Shown here: positions 1 through 9,567 of the stretch, piece after piece
Layout: the number at the start of each line of letters is the position of its first letter
How positions within the stretch are numbered: position 1 is the stretch's first letter
Sequence record: OP557969.1
Direction: 5' to 3' (one strand)
DNA from: Escherichia phage ph0011
Length of the DNA stretch: 64,000 nucleotides
Notes under the pieces: model-generated
Databases searched by the model: none
What the model saw: the letters and a program-made list of their open reading frames with translations, nothing else
Told to the model about the DNA's origin: nothing
Translations under genes and position numbers: made by a program

Positions 1-2
1 TG

Positions 3-212
3 CATTTCAAGTACCAAGATGAAGAGGCAGACAATTATCCTTTACCTAATTTAGTACAAATACAGGAAGAGGAATTATTCCAGTACAGTTTAGTATACGA
101 CATTGATATTTGCACGATGCCAGTATTAATTAATATACAAAAAGTGATGCTCGATATGTATGATAAGCTAATACAAGGTATGTCAGGGAGGATCATTGAA
201 ATCGATATATAA
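3..212 (+). CDS. FQ-family paralog, 5' end truncated by window edge
   Basis: Open frame from window start to TAA at 210-212; contains family core motif EEELFQYSLVYD. Confidence 0.5.
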   Translation, partial: HFKYQDEEADNYPLPNLVQIQEEELFQYSLVYDIDICTMPVLINIQKVMLDMYDKLIQGMSGRIIEIDI

Positions 213-408
213 GAATTTACCTAATGCATATATGTTGAAGTACAAAGAGTTTATTAAAGATGTATATGTAGATCCTTTCAATATAAAATTATCAGAGTTC
301 GATGTATTATTTTATCTAGGGACAATAGTACAGGACCAATACGTTAATAATCTAATAAGGTGTTTGAAAAAGGAGATACAATGCAGACCCAAATGTACAA
401 AAAAATAA
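196..408 (+). CDS. small hypothetical protein, family B (LFYLGT motif)
   Basis: ORF track; probable TTG start after GGGAGG at 185-190; motif LSEFDVLFYLGTIVQ shared with ORFs at 381, 11717, 11913. Confidence 0.4.
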   Translation: MKSIYKNLPNAYMLKYKEFIKDVYVDPFNIKLSEFDVLFYLGTIVQDQYVNNLIRCLKKEIQCRPKCTKK

Positions 409-644
409 ACCGTTATTTGTATGCATCAAAGTACAGGGATTTTTGTTTACAAGGAGGTGAGGACGATTTCGGTCTGAGGTTATCGGAATTTAATATGTTA
501 TTTTATCTTGGTACATCCGTACAAGAAGAAATGGTTCAGAAATTTCTCAATAACCTTGTACAAAAAATTAATATTCAAATTATGATGCATAAATTACAGA
601 ATGAGATAAATGAATATGAATCTAGAAATAGTTCAGGATCTTAA
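381..644 (+). CDS. small hypothetical protein, family B (LFYLGT motif)
   Basis: ATG at 381 preceded by AGGAG; motif LSEFNMLFYLGTSVQ. Confidence 0.55.
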   Translation: MQTQMYKKINRYLYASKYRDFCLQGGEDDFGLRLSEFNMLFYLGTSVQEEMVQKFLNNLVQKINIQIMMHKLQNEINEYESRNSSGS

Positions 645-1005
645 AAAAGTAATATTTCTTTTGAATACAAGAAGCTCTTTATATAAGGAGTTCAAAGATA
701 AGGATAGTTCTTTTAAACCAGTATGTATAGAATTCAATGATTTAATTACAGATGCATTGTTTGAATTTTCCGAGAAATATCAAGATACAGTGTTTGGTGT
801 TAGGAATGCTATTCATCCAATTACAGGCACAAGGAAGATAACGTTATCTCATTTTACATTTGACAATAAAGATTTATTCAGTTATAATCCCAGTACATCT
901 TTATATTTTATTCCAAAAGGAGACAAGAATAGTCCGATTCATTACGGATGGATTATATCTTATGTAGTGCAAGGAAAGGAGTATCCTATCAAATGGCACG
1001 ATTAG
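610..1005 (+). CDS. hypothetical protein
   Basis: ATG-initiated 131-aa ORF, same strand, no FQ motif. Confidence 0.5.
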   Translation: MNMNLEIVQDLKKVIFLLNTRSSLYKEFKDKDSSFKPVCIEFNDLITDALFEFSEKYQDTVFGVRNAIHPITGTRKITLSHFTFDNKDLFSYNPSTSLYFIPKGDKNSPIHYGWIISYVVQGKEYPIKWHD

Positions 1006-1145
1006 GACAGGAAGATTATAGTTTAAATATATTATTAAGAAATATTAATGCGGATTATTGTGTATGGGTTAAGAATCGAGACATGATGTATTATGATTTT
1101 TATTTAGATTATGCCATCAAACGCTTTTTAAGAGAAGAATATTAA
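993..1145 (+). CDS. small hypothetical protein
   Basis: In-frame ATG at 993 after AAGGAAAGGAG; short, uncertain. Confidence 0.3.
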   Translation: MARLGQEDYSLNILLRNINADYCVWVKNRDMMYYDFYLDYAIKRFLREEY

Positions 1146-1321
1146 TGAAAGTGGTTAATACAAAAGCAATAAATGATTTAAATGATTCTTTATTAGTAAG
1201 TATTAAGTTGTATTATAATATTCATTTAAAGGGTGGTATTAACGATTTTAGTTATTACTTAAGTGCAATATCACAAGAGCATTTAAATTATCAAGATCAT
1301 TTATTACATCCAAATCATTAA
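1145..1321 (+). CDS. small hypothetical protein (58 aa)
   Basis: Hand-translated ORF below the track cutoff; TAATG start-stop overlap with upstream ORF; fills an otherwise empty interval. Confidence 0.3.
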   Translation: MKVVNTKAINDLNDSLLVSIKLYYNIHLKGGINDFSYYLSAISQEHLNYQDHLLHPNH

Positions 1322-1329
1322 GGCAAATT

Positions 1330-1890
1330 ATGAATGAGATAGAGTTATTATCACACAAGATTAGTACAATAGCTACAGTACTGAACAACAAAAATAAAGT
1401 ACATAGTTCCTTTTTAAGAATTAATAAAGTTGGTAGTAGTTTATATTTGGAAGTAAAAGCGGGTTTTGCAGGACAGTACAATGATAAAATCAAAGAAGAA
1501 GTTAAGGGAAATGAAGATGCTTTCATTGAGGTTTGTGCAACAGTTGGTTCAAATCCAATTTCAGTATCACCGTTAATGCGAAATGAAAATTCAGAATTTG
1601 ATTCCAGTTTCGAAGGTTATTTGTGGTACAATTATGGTGATAATTATTTTATATATCAGAATTCCAAAACGAATTATAGTGAAGAAGGTATAAAATTCAT
1701 TGATCCTTACAATGAAGCAGAAGTATTTCAGAAATCCCTAATATACAATACAAATCAAATGAAGTATCTTATGTTGTTTAGTACAATGCATTTGAATCCA
1801 TTGAAAGATAATTTAAAATTTTTCATTCGTTTAGAATTAGTTGATATTACTTATGATCTTTTAATCCAAGGAAGTAGTTATGAAGTATAA
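1330..1890 (+). CDS. FQ-family paralog
   Basis: ATG ORF; core motif EAEVFQKSLIYN. Confidence 0.65.
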   Translation: MNEIELLSHKISTIATVLNNKNKVHSSFLRINKVGSSLYLEVKAGFAGQYNDKIKEEVKGNEDAFIEVCATVGSNPISVSPLMRNENSEFDSSFEGYLWYNYGDNYFIYQNSKTNYSEEGIKFIDPYNEAEVFQKSLIYNTNQMKYLMLFSTMHLNPLKDNLKFFIRLELVDITYDLLIQGSSYEV

Positions 1891-2194
1891 AATGATGTAT
1901 ACACCATCATTAGTATATGTAGAATTAGAATCAAATGATAATGGGTGGAATTTCATTAAACATATCGATACCAATACATGGTACATGGCTCACTTGGATA
2001 ATAATGTGGTATCAGACCATTTTATGGATTTCAATATCTTAGATGAAGATGAATTTTTCCAAATGCAATTGGTGCTTGACACAAATGGTTTTGATATGGT
2101 ATTATTAAAGAATATACAGAAAGCTGTTGATGAATTAATAGCTGAACATAATTTGAGCGAAATAAGGATTAGTTATGACCTCGAAGTACTGTGA
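1880..2194 (+). CDS. FQ-family paralog
   Basis: ATG ORF after AGGAAG; core motif EDEFFQMQLVLD. Confidence 0.6.
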   Translation: MKYKMMYTPSLVYVELESNDNGWNFIKHIDTNTWYMAHLDNNVVSDHFMDFNILDEDEFFQMQLVLDTNGFDMVLLKNIQKAVDELIAEHNLSEIRISYDLEVL

Positions 2195-2525
2195 GTTTGA
2201 AATTAATAAGTTAAGAGAATGGTTTTATAATATTGAAATTGAGGCCATTCCTTATCATACATATGAACAAAGTGATTTACAATGTATTGATATTAGGGAG
2301 TTGTACAAATATTATCAAAGTGCGTTAGAGATGCATAAATTATTTTTGAGTACGGATTTCTTTATGCAGTATAATTTTGAGGAATATAATAATTATAACT
2401 TAGTACAGAAATACGTAGTAGCAAAGTACATGTACATTCAAGGTATTAAAGGTTGTATTGAATTCAATACTGTTCTTGCTTTAGTTGAGGTAATTTTATG
2501 TACAGCATGTGCATATCTAATTTAG
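2175..2525 (+). CDS. hypothetical protein
   Basis: ATG ORF 116 aa; no family motif. Confidence 0.5.
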   Translation: MTSKYCEFEINKLREWFYNIEIEAIPYHTYEQSDLQCIDIRELYKYYQSALEMHKLFLSTDFFMQYNFEEYNNYNLVQKYVVAKYMYIQGIKGCIEFNTVLALVEVILCTACAYLI

Positions 2526-3016
2526 AGTTTAGTTTAGATGCAGCCTTTAAATTTGCACATAAGATAGAAACAATATATAGTTTTTTTAGTGAAGTTTATG
2601 AAGTTTGTGCTAAACGATATATCGATACAATAGACATTAGCAATAAGTTCGATGTATGGCACAAAACAATCCAAAGCAAAAAGCAGTGTGCAGCAGTTTT
2701 TAGTGTTTTATCATTTAATCCCAGCAATTGTTACCCAGAGAAGCATGAACGTTATCCCAATGACGACATGTGGTTTGTGTACAAAGAAGATGCTGATATG
2801 TCGTCATTTGAAGTTCCTGATAATTTTGATATCAGTGATTTAACAGAAGAGTGGTGGTTCCAGCAGAATTTAGTACATGATGATATTGATTTATTTTTCT
2901 ATATCGTGTTCAAAATACTTTATCACAACAATATAGTTAAAGATAGTGTATCGTTTTCATGTCTATATATTGATGAGTTGTTCGAAGATATCAAAAATCT
3001 CAAGCCTGTATCGTAA
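2498..3016 (+). CDS. FQ-family paralog
   Basis: ATG ORF; core motif EEWWFQQNLVHD. Confidence 0.65.
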   Translation: MYSMCISNLEFSLDAAFKFAHKIETIYSFFSEVYEVCAKRYIDTIDISNKFDVWHKTIQSKKQCAAVFSVLSFNPSNCYPEKHERYPNDDMWFVYKEDADMSSFEVPDNFDISDLTEEWWFQQNLVHDDIDLFFYIVFKILYHNNIVKDSVSFSCLYIDELFEDIKNLKPVS

Positions 3017-3031
3017 GATATGGGCTTTTTT
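3002..3031 (+). terminator. candidate weak intrinsic terminator
   Basis: AAGCC...GGCTT stem around stop codon followed by TTTTTT. Confidence 0.35.
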
Positions 3032-3033
3032 GT

Positions 3034-3062
3034 TTGACTCAAGTACAAATGAATGGTACAAT
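3034..3062 (+). promoter_or_regulatory. sigma70-like early promoter
   Basis: TTGACT-N17-TACAAT about 25 nt upstream of the ATG at 3088. Confidence 0.45.
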
Positions 3063-3087
3063 GTGAAATCATTTTAAGGAGAACCCT

Positions 3088-3636
3088 ATGGAAAATTTTC
3101 AAATACCACAAGATTACGATACAGCGAAAGAGATGGTACACAAGGTTCATTACATTTTTAATGAATTAATTATTGCAAATTCATCCTGTATGCAAATTGA
3201 GTTAAAGGGTATTAATAGTGAAGAAGTTTTTTTGGCTTCTCCAAGTTCAATTATTCCGTTGTATGGTATGGACCGTTTATGGTTCATGAGAGATGCACCA
3301 ATTGACAGGTACAAAATACAAAAAAAATCAGAGAATGATTTTCTTTATGATTATTTTAATATTTCATTACAAGCACACGATATAAGTACAATGAGTGCAG
3401 AGGAATATTTTCAGCACAGTACAGTGTATAGTCCAGAAGAAATCTTTGTTGTTATGCTTGTTGCAAAATTGAGTACTGTTGATTTTGGGACGTACCCAAA
3501 TAAATCATTCAAGATTATTATTCCTGCATTTGTTGATCTTTATGATTTCATTGTGCACAAGAAAGAAAGTACAGTGTACGATATGCAGCGTTCAAATATC
3601 AGTTTAATTGCAGTAAGTGCAGGGGAATTAAAATGA
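3088..3636 (+). CDS. FQ-family paralog
   Basis: ATG after AAGGAG; core motif AEEYFQHSTVYS. Confidence 0.7.
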   Translation: MENFQIPQDYDTAKEMVHKVHYIFNELIIANSSCMQIELKGINSEEVFLASPSSIIPLYGMDRLWFMRDAPIDRYKIQKKSENDFLYDYFNISLQAHDISTMSAEEYFQHSTVYSPEEIFVVMLVAKLSTVDFGTYPNKSFKIIIPAFVDLYDFIVHKKESTVYDMQRSNISLIAVSAGELK

Positions 3637-4241
3637 ACATAGACCAATTAATGAAGTACAGTAAAAGTACAGTTCCAGTACTAAGTAAAGTGTTAGATGC
3701 CTTCACTGCTAAGTACCCTGAAGGTTCAGAGTTAAATATTCCTTTTACTACACCAGGGATTGATGATACTTACATGGTACACATTGGTAGTTCAGGTATT
3801 GTTTTGAAGCAAAAGTACAGTGATAGTGAATATTATGGTTTGAAACTGGATAAAATTTCAGGAGAGAAGACACCTTTTGAGTTTTGGATTCCGAATAGTA
3901 TTGAATCATGGAATACACATATTAATAAGAGAGACGAAGGTAATATTTCTCTTGTAAATTATAAGGAAAAAAGATTTGACGTATTTTATTATTACAGTAC
4001 AGATACGTTTCCAGAAGAGATTTATTTAAATTCAGAGATGTATGAAGATATTGAATCATTTTTCTTTCAGTTATCATTGGTACATGATATCATGCCATTG
4101 CAAGCGTTCAGGGATGAAATAAATTTAGCGAAAGAGATTTCGGATATGTTACCTGAATTTAGTGTTCTTTATGGTAGTAGAGCTTTACCTGAAAATGTGT
4201 ATATAGAATTTATTTCTTGTGTTCAAGGATTGAATATATAA
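3633..4241 (+). CDS. FQ-family paralog
   Basis: ATGA overlap with upstream stop; core motif ESFFFQLSLVHD. Confidence 0.7.
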   Translation: MNIDQLMKYSKSTVPVLSKVLDAFTAKYPEGSELNIPFTTPGIDDTYMVHIGSSGIVLKQKYSDSEYYGLKLDKISGEKTPFEFWIPNSIESWNTHINKRDEGNISLVNYKEKRFDVFYYYSTDTFPEEIYLNSEMYEDIESFFFQLSLVHDIMPLQAFRDEINLAKEISDMLPEFSVLYGSRALPENVYIEFISCVQGLNI

Positions 4242-4242
4242 T

Positions 4243-4437
4243 ATGAACGAAGATGATATCAAAAAAAGGCATACGAAGTTTGAACTGCTCCCTGACGAAA
4301 TCCACATTGATATAGTTAATTTTAACATCAAAGCGTCCTTGCATCCTATATCACAAGATGATTTTGACAACAGAGTGCTTAACATAGTGGTGATTTTGTG
4401 CTATAATCATTTCAGTGAATATTTTAACAAAAGATGA
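4243..4437 (+). CDS. small hypothetical protein
   Basis: ATG ORF 64 aa directly after upstream stop. Confidence 0.45.
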   Translation: MNEDDIKKRHTKFELLPDEIHIDIVNFNIKASLHPISQDDFDNRVLNIVVILCYNHFSEYFNKR

Positions 4438-4444
4438 GGTACAT

Positions 4445-4966
4445 ATGTATCAGCACACGTACAATACATCATATGAGTATGGGTACAGCATTTTGAAGAT
4501 TATCAAAGCGTTAGAGGGTGGATTGCTTAGTCATAAGTACACCAGAGTAGGTGACAATTGGTTCAGAAATGATGATGATGAGTTCAGAAGTCATAAAATC
4601 GTTTACAGTAATAATTACAGTGCTAATTATCTTCAGGATGTGGTTATGTGCTTTGAATACGTGTTACAGTTCAGGGGTTCCATCAGACCAGAGTTAAGAG
4701 AACACATGTACATTCGATACCTACCAATGCTTGAGGATGAGAAATCAATATTCAATTCAGTACACCACAGAGTACGAGATAGAACATTCAGGAATATTTT
4801 GGAAGATGAAGCTGCCTATTTTCAGCGATCATTGATTGATGCTCCTGATGTGTTACAGATGCAGAATTTGTATAATGTATTAGATGCGAACATCGATACT
4901 GATATCTTTTTTTCCTTAAGTGATTATGAAACATGTTTGGAAGATTTAAAGGAAATAGGATTATGA
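4445..4966 (+). CDS. FQ-family paralog
   Basis: In-frame ATG at 4445 after GAGG; core motif EAAYFQRSLIDA. Confidence 0.65.
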   Translation: MYQHTYNTSYEYGYSILKIIKALEGGLLSHKYTRVGDNWFRNDDDEFRSHKIVYSNNYSANYLQDVVMCFEYVLQFRGSIRPELREHMYIRYLPMLEDEKSIFNSVHHRVRDRTFRNILEDEAAYFQRSLIDAPDVLQMQNLYNVLDANIDTDIFFSLSDYETCLEDLKEIGL

Positions 4967-5307
4967 GTGGATTTACAGTATATATAGTAAACGTCAGTAC
5001 AGATGGTAGTTTAATTGAATTTGATGTAGTTGATGACGATGATAATGCATATGGTATTAAGGTGCAAGACAATGTTGTGCAGTTCAGTACAAGAACAAAT
5101 TACGAAAATCCAGTTCCTGTTCCTAATTTCATAGAAGACGAAGCTGTACGATTCCAATACGAAACTGCCTTTGACAATATAGCGATGCATATTATTATGC
5201 AACACAGTTTAGTTCAATTAGTTCCTTTATTTAGACAAAATGTATATGTACATGAATTGTCGATTAATAACGTTCAAAGTTCCGTTTTGTTCGGCACAAA
5301 TATGTAA
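4963..5307 (+). CDS. FQ-family paralog (divergent)
   Basis: ATG at 4963 overlapping upstream TGA (ATGA); motif EAVRFQYETAF. Confidence 0.55.
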   Translation: MSGFTVYIVNVSTDGSLIEFDVVDDDDNAYGIKVQDNVVQFSTRTNYENPVPVPNFIEDEAVRFQYETAFDNIAMHIIMQHSLVQLVPLFRQNVYVHELSINNVQSSVLFGTNM

Positions 5308-5316
5308 GGAAGGATA

Positions 5317-5859
5317 ATGAGTTTATTAGATACCATAGAAAAAGACAGAAGTGCCATTAAGAGATTAAAAAATCTGGTTCTGTGTATTGTGAACAACGTT
5401 GAAAAGTTTGAAGTCCAAGGAAGAATTGGTGATATTTCACATACAGGAATAAAATCCCTGAAGTCAGATTTATTAATTCATAAGGAAGATAAATTATTAT
5501 TTGTATTGAGTTCAGATTTATTGGTTGCAAGTAATGGTTTCAATTCGGTATCAACACAAGATGGTAGTACTGGATTATATCTATCACAGGGTGTACAGAC
5601 GAATGAACATAAGTGTTTTAGTTCAAGAGTACAGAATCCCTTTAAGTTTAATACAGAACAAGCTACAGAGCTTTTTGAGGCTTCAGAAGAGATGTTATTT
5701 CAGTACAAAATGGTCTATACAGATTTTGAAATACGATGCCTATACGCTGTTAAGCATTATGTACAAGAGTTCGAAGATTTAAATTATCTTTTAGTTCGAA
5801 CGAATACGAAGAACATTGACATATTAGAAGATTACATTTCAACAGTTGTTAGTGTGTAA
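5317..5859 (+). CDS. FQ-family paralog
   Basis: ATG after GGAAGGA; core motif SEEMLFQYKMVY. Confidence 0.65.
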   Translation: MSLLDTIEKDRSAIKRLKNLVLCIVNNVEKFEVQGRIGDISHTGIKSLKSDLLIHKEDKLLFVLSSDLLVASNGFNSVSTQDGSTGLYLSQGVQTNEHKCFSSRVQNPFKFNTEQATELFEASEEMLFQYKMVYTDFEIRCLYAVKHYVQEFEDLNYLLVRTNTKNIDILEDYISTVVSV

Positions 5860-6034
5860 TGGGATGTTGCTTATGAAGGAGTTATTTGATGAACAGTTCA
5901 ATGTATTAATGGATAATATTCTTTTTTATAGCCTTGGTAGTAAACGAGGAAATCGTGCTTACAATATAGATTACATATTAACTGTGTTGAGTTCACAGTA
6001 CACATATGCTGTGCAGAGGACATATTATGAATAG
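5846..6034 (+). CDS. small hypothetical protein (start uncertain)
   Basis: ORF track only; track start is TTG, in-frame ATG at 5873; weak. Confidence 0.25.
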   Translation: MLVCNGMLLMKELFDEQFNVLMDNILFYSLGSKRGNRAYNIDYILTVLSSQYTYAVQRTYYE

Positions 6035-6212
6035 TTATAGTGGTGTTGCTAAGGAGAAGTTAAATTGTAGTTTAGATTTTGGCTTAAATGATTTTCTTAC
6101 GTGCACAATGTTCAGGAATGATGATTATGAACAATCCGTAATTTCGTTGTATAGATATTTTGAAATAATTTACACAAGATACCTTAGAAGGTTAGAGGGA
6201 TTGGAATTATGA
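6027..6212 (+). CDS. small hypothetical protein
   Basis: In-frame ATG at 6027 after AGAGGA. Confidence 0.4.
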   Translation: MNSYSGVAKEKLNCSLDFGLNDFLTCTMFRNDDYEQSVISLYRYFEIIYTRYLRRLEGLEL

Positions 6213-6427
6213 TTTATGAACAAAAAGTACCAAGTGGTTATAGTGTTGATGGTTTTGAATTCATGATGGATTTGGTTTTAAAGAATACATTAGTAGTACA
6301 CCGTGCATTACCGGACCATGTAGATAGTGCGGTTCAACGAATAATGAATGTATACGAGATGACGAGTCGAAAGCTTTGTGCAATGAAAAGGATTGAAGAA
6401 ATCAAGCGTTCTAGGATGAATAATTAG
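6209..6427 (+). CDS. small hypothetical protein
   Basis: ATGA overlap with upstream stop; 72 aa. Confidence 0.45.
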   Translation: MIYEQKVPSGYSVDGFEFMMDLVLKNTLVVHRALPDHVDSAVQRIMNVYEMTSRKLCAMKRIEEIKRSRMNN

Positions 6428-6567
6428 AGACGTTTCGTATGATGTATTCAAACGTACAATAAAACAATACTATATAACTTTTTATAATTGATATTTTTTA
6501 AAAAATACACAATCACAACGTGCTCCTTTTATTGGAATTTACCTTATTAATTATAGTTGAGGGGAAG

Positions 6568-6945
6568 ATGGAAATGAAATATAAAGATTTTCATATAGGG
6601 ACATGGATGTACACTGGTGAGTTTATTACGTGCTGTAATTTATACAAGCGTGATTTAAACTACTCAAGGGAGAAGGTTATAAAGTTCGCAGATTCACAAT
6701 TTTATTTTATGGAGTTAAGTACTGGAATTCGTGTTAAATCAACCGTTATGCTGGATTATACAGTTCTGGATGAGGCACAATTATTTCAGGAGTCATTAGT
6801 ATTTGATAAGAAGTACAACTGTACATTAGAAGAGATAGTTGAAATCCAGCGTAGGATCAAATTTATTCACAAGGATTGTATCGATAAATGGTGTAAAACT
6901 GGTGAAACTAATTTTAGTAATTATTTCAATCTAGGGGAAGAGTGA
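6568..6945 (+). CDS. FQ-family paralog (short form)
   Basis: ATG at 6568 after GAGGGGAAG; core DEAQLFQESLVFDKKYNCTLEE. Confidence 0.7.
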   Translation: MEMKYKDFHIGTWMYTGEFITCCNLYKRDLNYSREKVIKFADSQFYFMELSTGIRVKSTVMLDYTVLDEAQLFQESLVFDKKYNCTLEEIVEIQRRIKFIHKDCIDKWCKTGETNFSNYFNLGEE

Positions 6946-7301
6946 TGGAATTTGATTTTGTAATATCAGTACATTCTTTCAAGAATAGTTTTCAGTACTT
7001 TTGTAATTTAAACAAAGGTGATTTAATGCACAGTGCAAATGAGTATATTCATTACACTGCTGGTAAATTTACATTTATTGATTACGATTCATTACAGTAT
7101 CCACATCAGGATATGCCGGACTTTACATTAATGGATGAGGCCGAACTATTCCAAGCTGCATTAGTATTCGATAAGAAGTACTTGTGTACACTAGAAGAAG
7201 TAATTGCCATACAAAATGAAATAAAAGAGTATGCTGCTTTGAATAAATCCAATGTAAGTATTAATCAAGAATACAAATTCAATATAGGAATTACAGAATG
7301 A
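6942..7301 (+). CDS. FQ-family paralog (short form)
   Basis: ATGA overlap; core DEAELFQAALVFDKKYLCTLEE. Confidence 0.7.
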   Translation: MMEFDFVISVHSFKNSFQYFCNLNKGDLMHSANEYIHYTAGKFTFIDYDSLQYPHQDMPDFTLMDEAELFQAALVFDKKYLCTLEEVIAIQNEIKEYAALNKSNVSINQEYKFNIGITE

Positions 7302-7663
7302 CATTTGATTATTCGATATACGTTTGCAAGTCCAGAACGGGGTGGGATTTGTGCTGTAATCTTGTCAAGGGTGACTCGGAACATGAGTTGAGTTTATATA
7401 TTCAGTACTCGGATTTGTGTTTTAATTTTATTGATGTATTGTATGATGACTTCGACTATAACTCTGAAAGTATTACAGATTATACAGTACTGGATGATGC
7501 TGAACTATTTCAAGCTTCTTTGGTGTTTGACAAGAATAAGTACTCATGTACAATAGAAGATATGATTTTTATACAAAATGAAATGAAGAGATATGTCAAA
7601 GAAAACACCTTTGATACATCTACACCAACAACAAGTAATTATTATTTCAATACAGGTGAGTAA
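7298..7663 (+). CDS. FQ-family paralog (short form)
   Basis: ATGA overlap; core DDAELFQASLVFDKNKYSCTIED. Confidence 0.7.
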   Translation: MTFDYSIYVCKSRTGWDLCCNLVKGDSEHELSLYIQYSDLCFNFIDVLYDDFDYNSESITDYTVLDDAELFQASLVFDKNKYSCTIEDMIFIQNEMKRYVKENTFDTSTPTTSNYYFNTGE

Positions 7664-7664
7664 T

Positions 7665-8006
7665 ATGGAATATGATTTTTCTATTTATATGCCTATAATT
7701 AGTTCACAAGATGTGTATTGTAATCTTAATAAAGGTGATTACGAACACAAAATGGATCAGTACATTAAATTTAATGGTGCGTACTTTAGCTTCATTGATT
7801 ATCAGGCCAAAGGATCAGTTGTAGAAAATATGAAAGACTATACAACAGTACATGGTGAGGCTGAAATATTTCAAGAGTCATTAATATTCGACAAGAAGTA
7901 CTTGTGTACTCTAGAGGAAGTAATTGAACTCCAACAGAAGATGAAAGAATATAGAAGAATCTACACAGAGACTGGTTCCAAAGATAGGTATCGTTTTAAG
8001 CTATGA
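7665..8006 (+). CDS. FQ-family paralog (short form)
   Basis: ATG at 7665 directly after upstream TAA; core GEAEIFQESLIFDKKYLCTLEE. Confidence 0.7.
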   Translation: MEYDFSIYMPIISSQDVYCNLNKGDYEHKMDQYIKFNGAYFSFIDYQAKGSVVENMKDYTTVHGEAEIFQESLIFDKKYLCTLEEVIELQQKMKEYRRIYTETGSKDRYRFKL

Positions 8007-8188
8007 ATAAAAAAGAACAAATGGAATCATTCATGAATACAATACTTCGACGATTCGTAATTGATATTAGACATAACAACATTACCAGGAATGACATGTG
8101 CTTCGGTACATATAATATTAGTGAATTGTATATAGCTAATATTCACATGGTGTACCGAGATTATATCCAGACACTACACGGGAGTTGA
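8003..8188 (+). CDS. small hypothetical protein
   Basis: ATGA overlap; 61 aa. Confidence 0.45.
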   Translation: MNKKEQMESFMNTILRRFVIDIRHNNITRNDMCFGTYNISELYIANIHMVYRDYIQTLHGS

Positions 8189-8189
8189 T

Positions 8190-8660
8190 ATGAGTTTTGA
8201 AAGAGCATTAGAAATTGCTAAGTTAATTGATGTATGTAAAAAAGAAATAGTGCTCAACAGACTCAATGGGTATCTATTCAAGGAAGGTAAATCTTATTGC
8301 CGAATGATATACGATGACAGTAGTGAATATATTCACATGTATGAAGAAAATCTTGATGAATCTGAAACAACACTCACTGGGTGTGATGTTAATCTGGAAG
8401 ATAATTACATGTACTTCTGTCGTGATGCTGATATTTTAATACAAGAAACATCATATCAAACTGGGAATCCAGAGGTATATCTTCCATATTCAGTACTGGA
8501 TAATGACTGGGGAAGTGAAGAGTTCTACTTCCAGCAGAATACTATCTACGATGAAGATGTACTTGACAAGCTTGTCATTCTGTGGTACTTTAAGAACACT
8601 GATACTCCTAACTTCTATATAGATTTGGATCTACTAAGAGTTATTAATGAGGATATATGA
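8190..8660 (+). CDS. FQ-family paralog (long form)
   Basis: ATG after GGGAG; N-terminal MSFERALEIAK; core PYSVLDNDWGSEEFYFQQNTIYD...WYFK. Confidence 0.7.
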   Translation: MSFERALEIAKLIDVCKKEIVLNRLNGYLFKEGKSYCRMIYDDSSEYIHMYEENLDESETTLTGCDVNLEDNYMYFCRDADILIQETSYQTGNPEVYLPYSVLDNDWGSEEFYFQQNTIYDEDVLDKLVILWYFKNTDTPNFYIDLDLLRVINEDI

Positions 8661-9097
8661 GTTTAGTAAGTGCACTTGAACTGGCACACAAAATACACAA
8701 CTTCCATGATAAAATAAAAAGTGGGTTTTATGGTGATAACGTAAGTGAATTTGGTAATGAGTATTATCTATCAAGTTCAAATACATACGCTGATGATATT
8801 TTACTTATGGGTCATGATAAAGACAATACTATACAGTACTCTTCATGTAGTCAATATGCTAGTTTTATGGTATATATTCCAGGAACTAAGATTACTTTTG
8901 ACACATCAAATACACCTGTTGACTTCGGGGTACTTGATGGTCCATGGGGTACTGAAGAGTATTACTTCCAACAGAGTCTTATTTTTAGCCAAGAGATGCT
9001 TGATACCTTGGTTGTGTTGTGGTACTTTAAAGAATTGAATTTTGAACCATTCTTTCTTGACTGGGGAGCATGTGAGTATTTAAGTTCAGGAGAATAA
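8657..9097 (+). CDS. FQ-family paralog (long form)
   Basis: ATGA overlap; N-terminal MSLVSALELAHK; core GPWGTEEYYFQQSLIFS...WYFK. Confidence 0.7.
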   Translation: MSLVSALELAHKIHNFHDKIKSGFYGDNVSEFGNEYYLSSSNTYADDILLMGHDKDNTIQYSSCSQYASFMVYIPGTKITFDTSNTPVDFGVLDGPWGTEEYYFQQSLIFSQEMLDTLVVLWYFKELNFEPFFLDWGACEYLSSGE

Positions 9098-9099
9098 TA

Positions 9100-9567
9100 A
9101 TGTCATTGCGAAGTGCATTGAAAGAAGCAAAGAAGATCCATAATTACATGATTATGGTACAAGAAGGTTCCGTGCCTGGTGTATATAAAACATCTGATAC
9201 TGAATTTTTCGTAAAAGATCGAGATGATTATGATGAGTCAGAGATATGTGCAGAAACGTTAGTACTGCACATTGATACGGATGATACTGATGACTGTGAA
9301 TATCAGATGCACAATCAATACCTTAGTTATTATAGGGATGAAGATATTATAATTTACACTCCTGATTACGATGATGATAACATAATCATTCCGTATTCAG
9401 TTCTGGAAGGTCCATGGGATAGTGAAGAATATTATTTCCAGCAAAGTACTGTGTATAATGAAGATGTTTTAGATGTTATTGTAATTATGTGGTACTTTAA
9501 AAGTATTGATTCTGACAGTTTCTATTTCGATTATGAATACGTAGAGAATACTGTAGGGGGAAGATAA
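9100..9567 (+). CDS. FQ-family paralog (long form)
   Basis: ATG after AGGAG; N-terminal MSLRSALKEAKK; core GPWDSEEYYFQQSTVYN...WYFK. Confidence 0.7.
   Translation: MSLRSALKEAKKIHNYMIMVQEGSVPGVYKTSDTEFFVKDRDDYDESEICAETLVLHIDTDDTDDCEYQMHNQYLSYYRDEDIIIYTPDYDDDNIIIPYSVLEGPWDSEEYYFQQSTVYNEDVLDVIVIMWYFKSIDSDSFYFDYEYVENTVGGR

Noticed and set aside
1248-1526. Minus-strand ORFs from the six-frame track throughout the array (for example 1248-1526, 2923-3150, 4788-5072, 12932-13168, 18727-19002, 19134-19391, 22714-22983, 27595-27896, 42465-42899, 48782-49063, 62841-63377).
   Set aside because: Each lies antisense within a stronger + strand gene, lacks an RBS and has low-complexity or AT-driven composition; treated as shadow ORFs.
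1545-1560. Perfect tRNA T-loop-like sequence GGTTCAAATCC.
   Set aside because: It lies inside a well-supported FQ-family ORF (1330-1890) and I could not build a convincing acceptor or D-arm around it; most likely coincidental.
2652-2843. Internal alternative-frame ORFs on the + strand (for example 2652-2843, 5525-5782, 8745-9038, 12323-12511, 15021-15251, 17378-17566, 26605-26820, 27975-28190, 38974-39219, 42457-42711, 46388-46570, 50844-51035, 51258-51443, 59577-59828, 62087-62320).
   Set aside because: Fully nested out of frame inside longer, motif-supported genes; no independent start signals.
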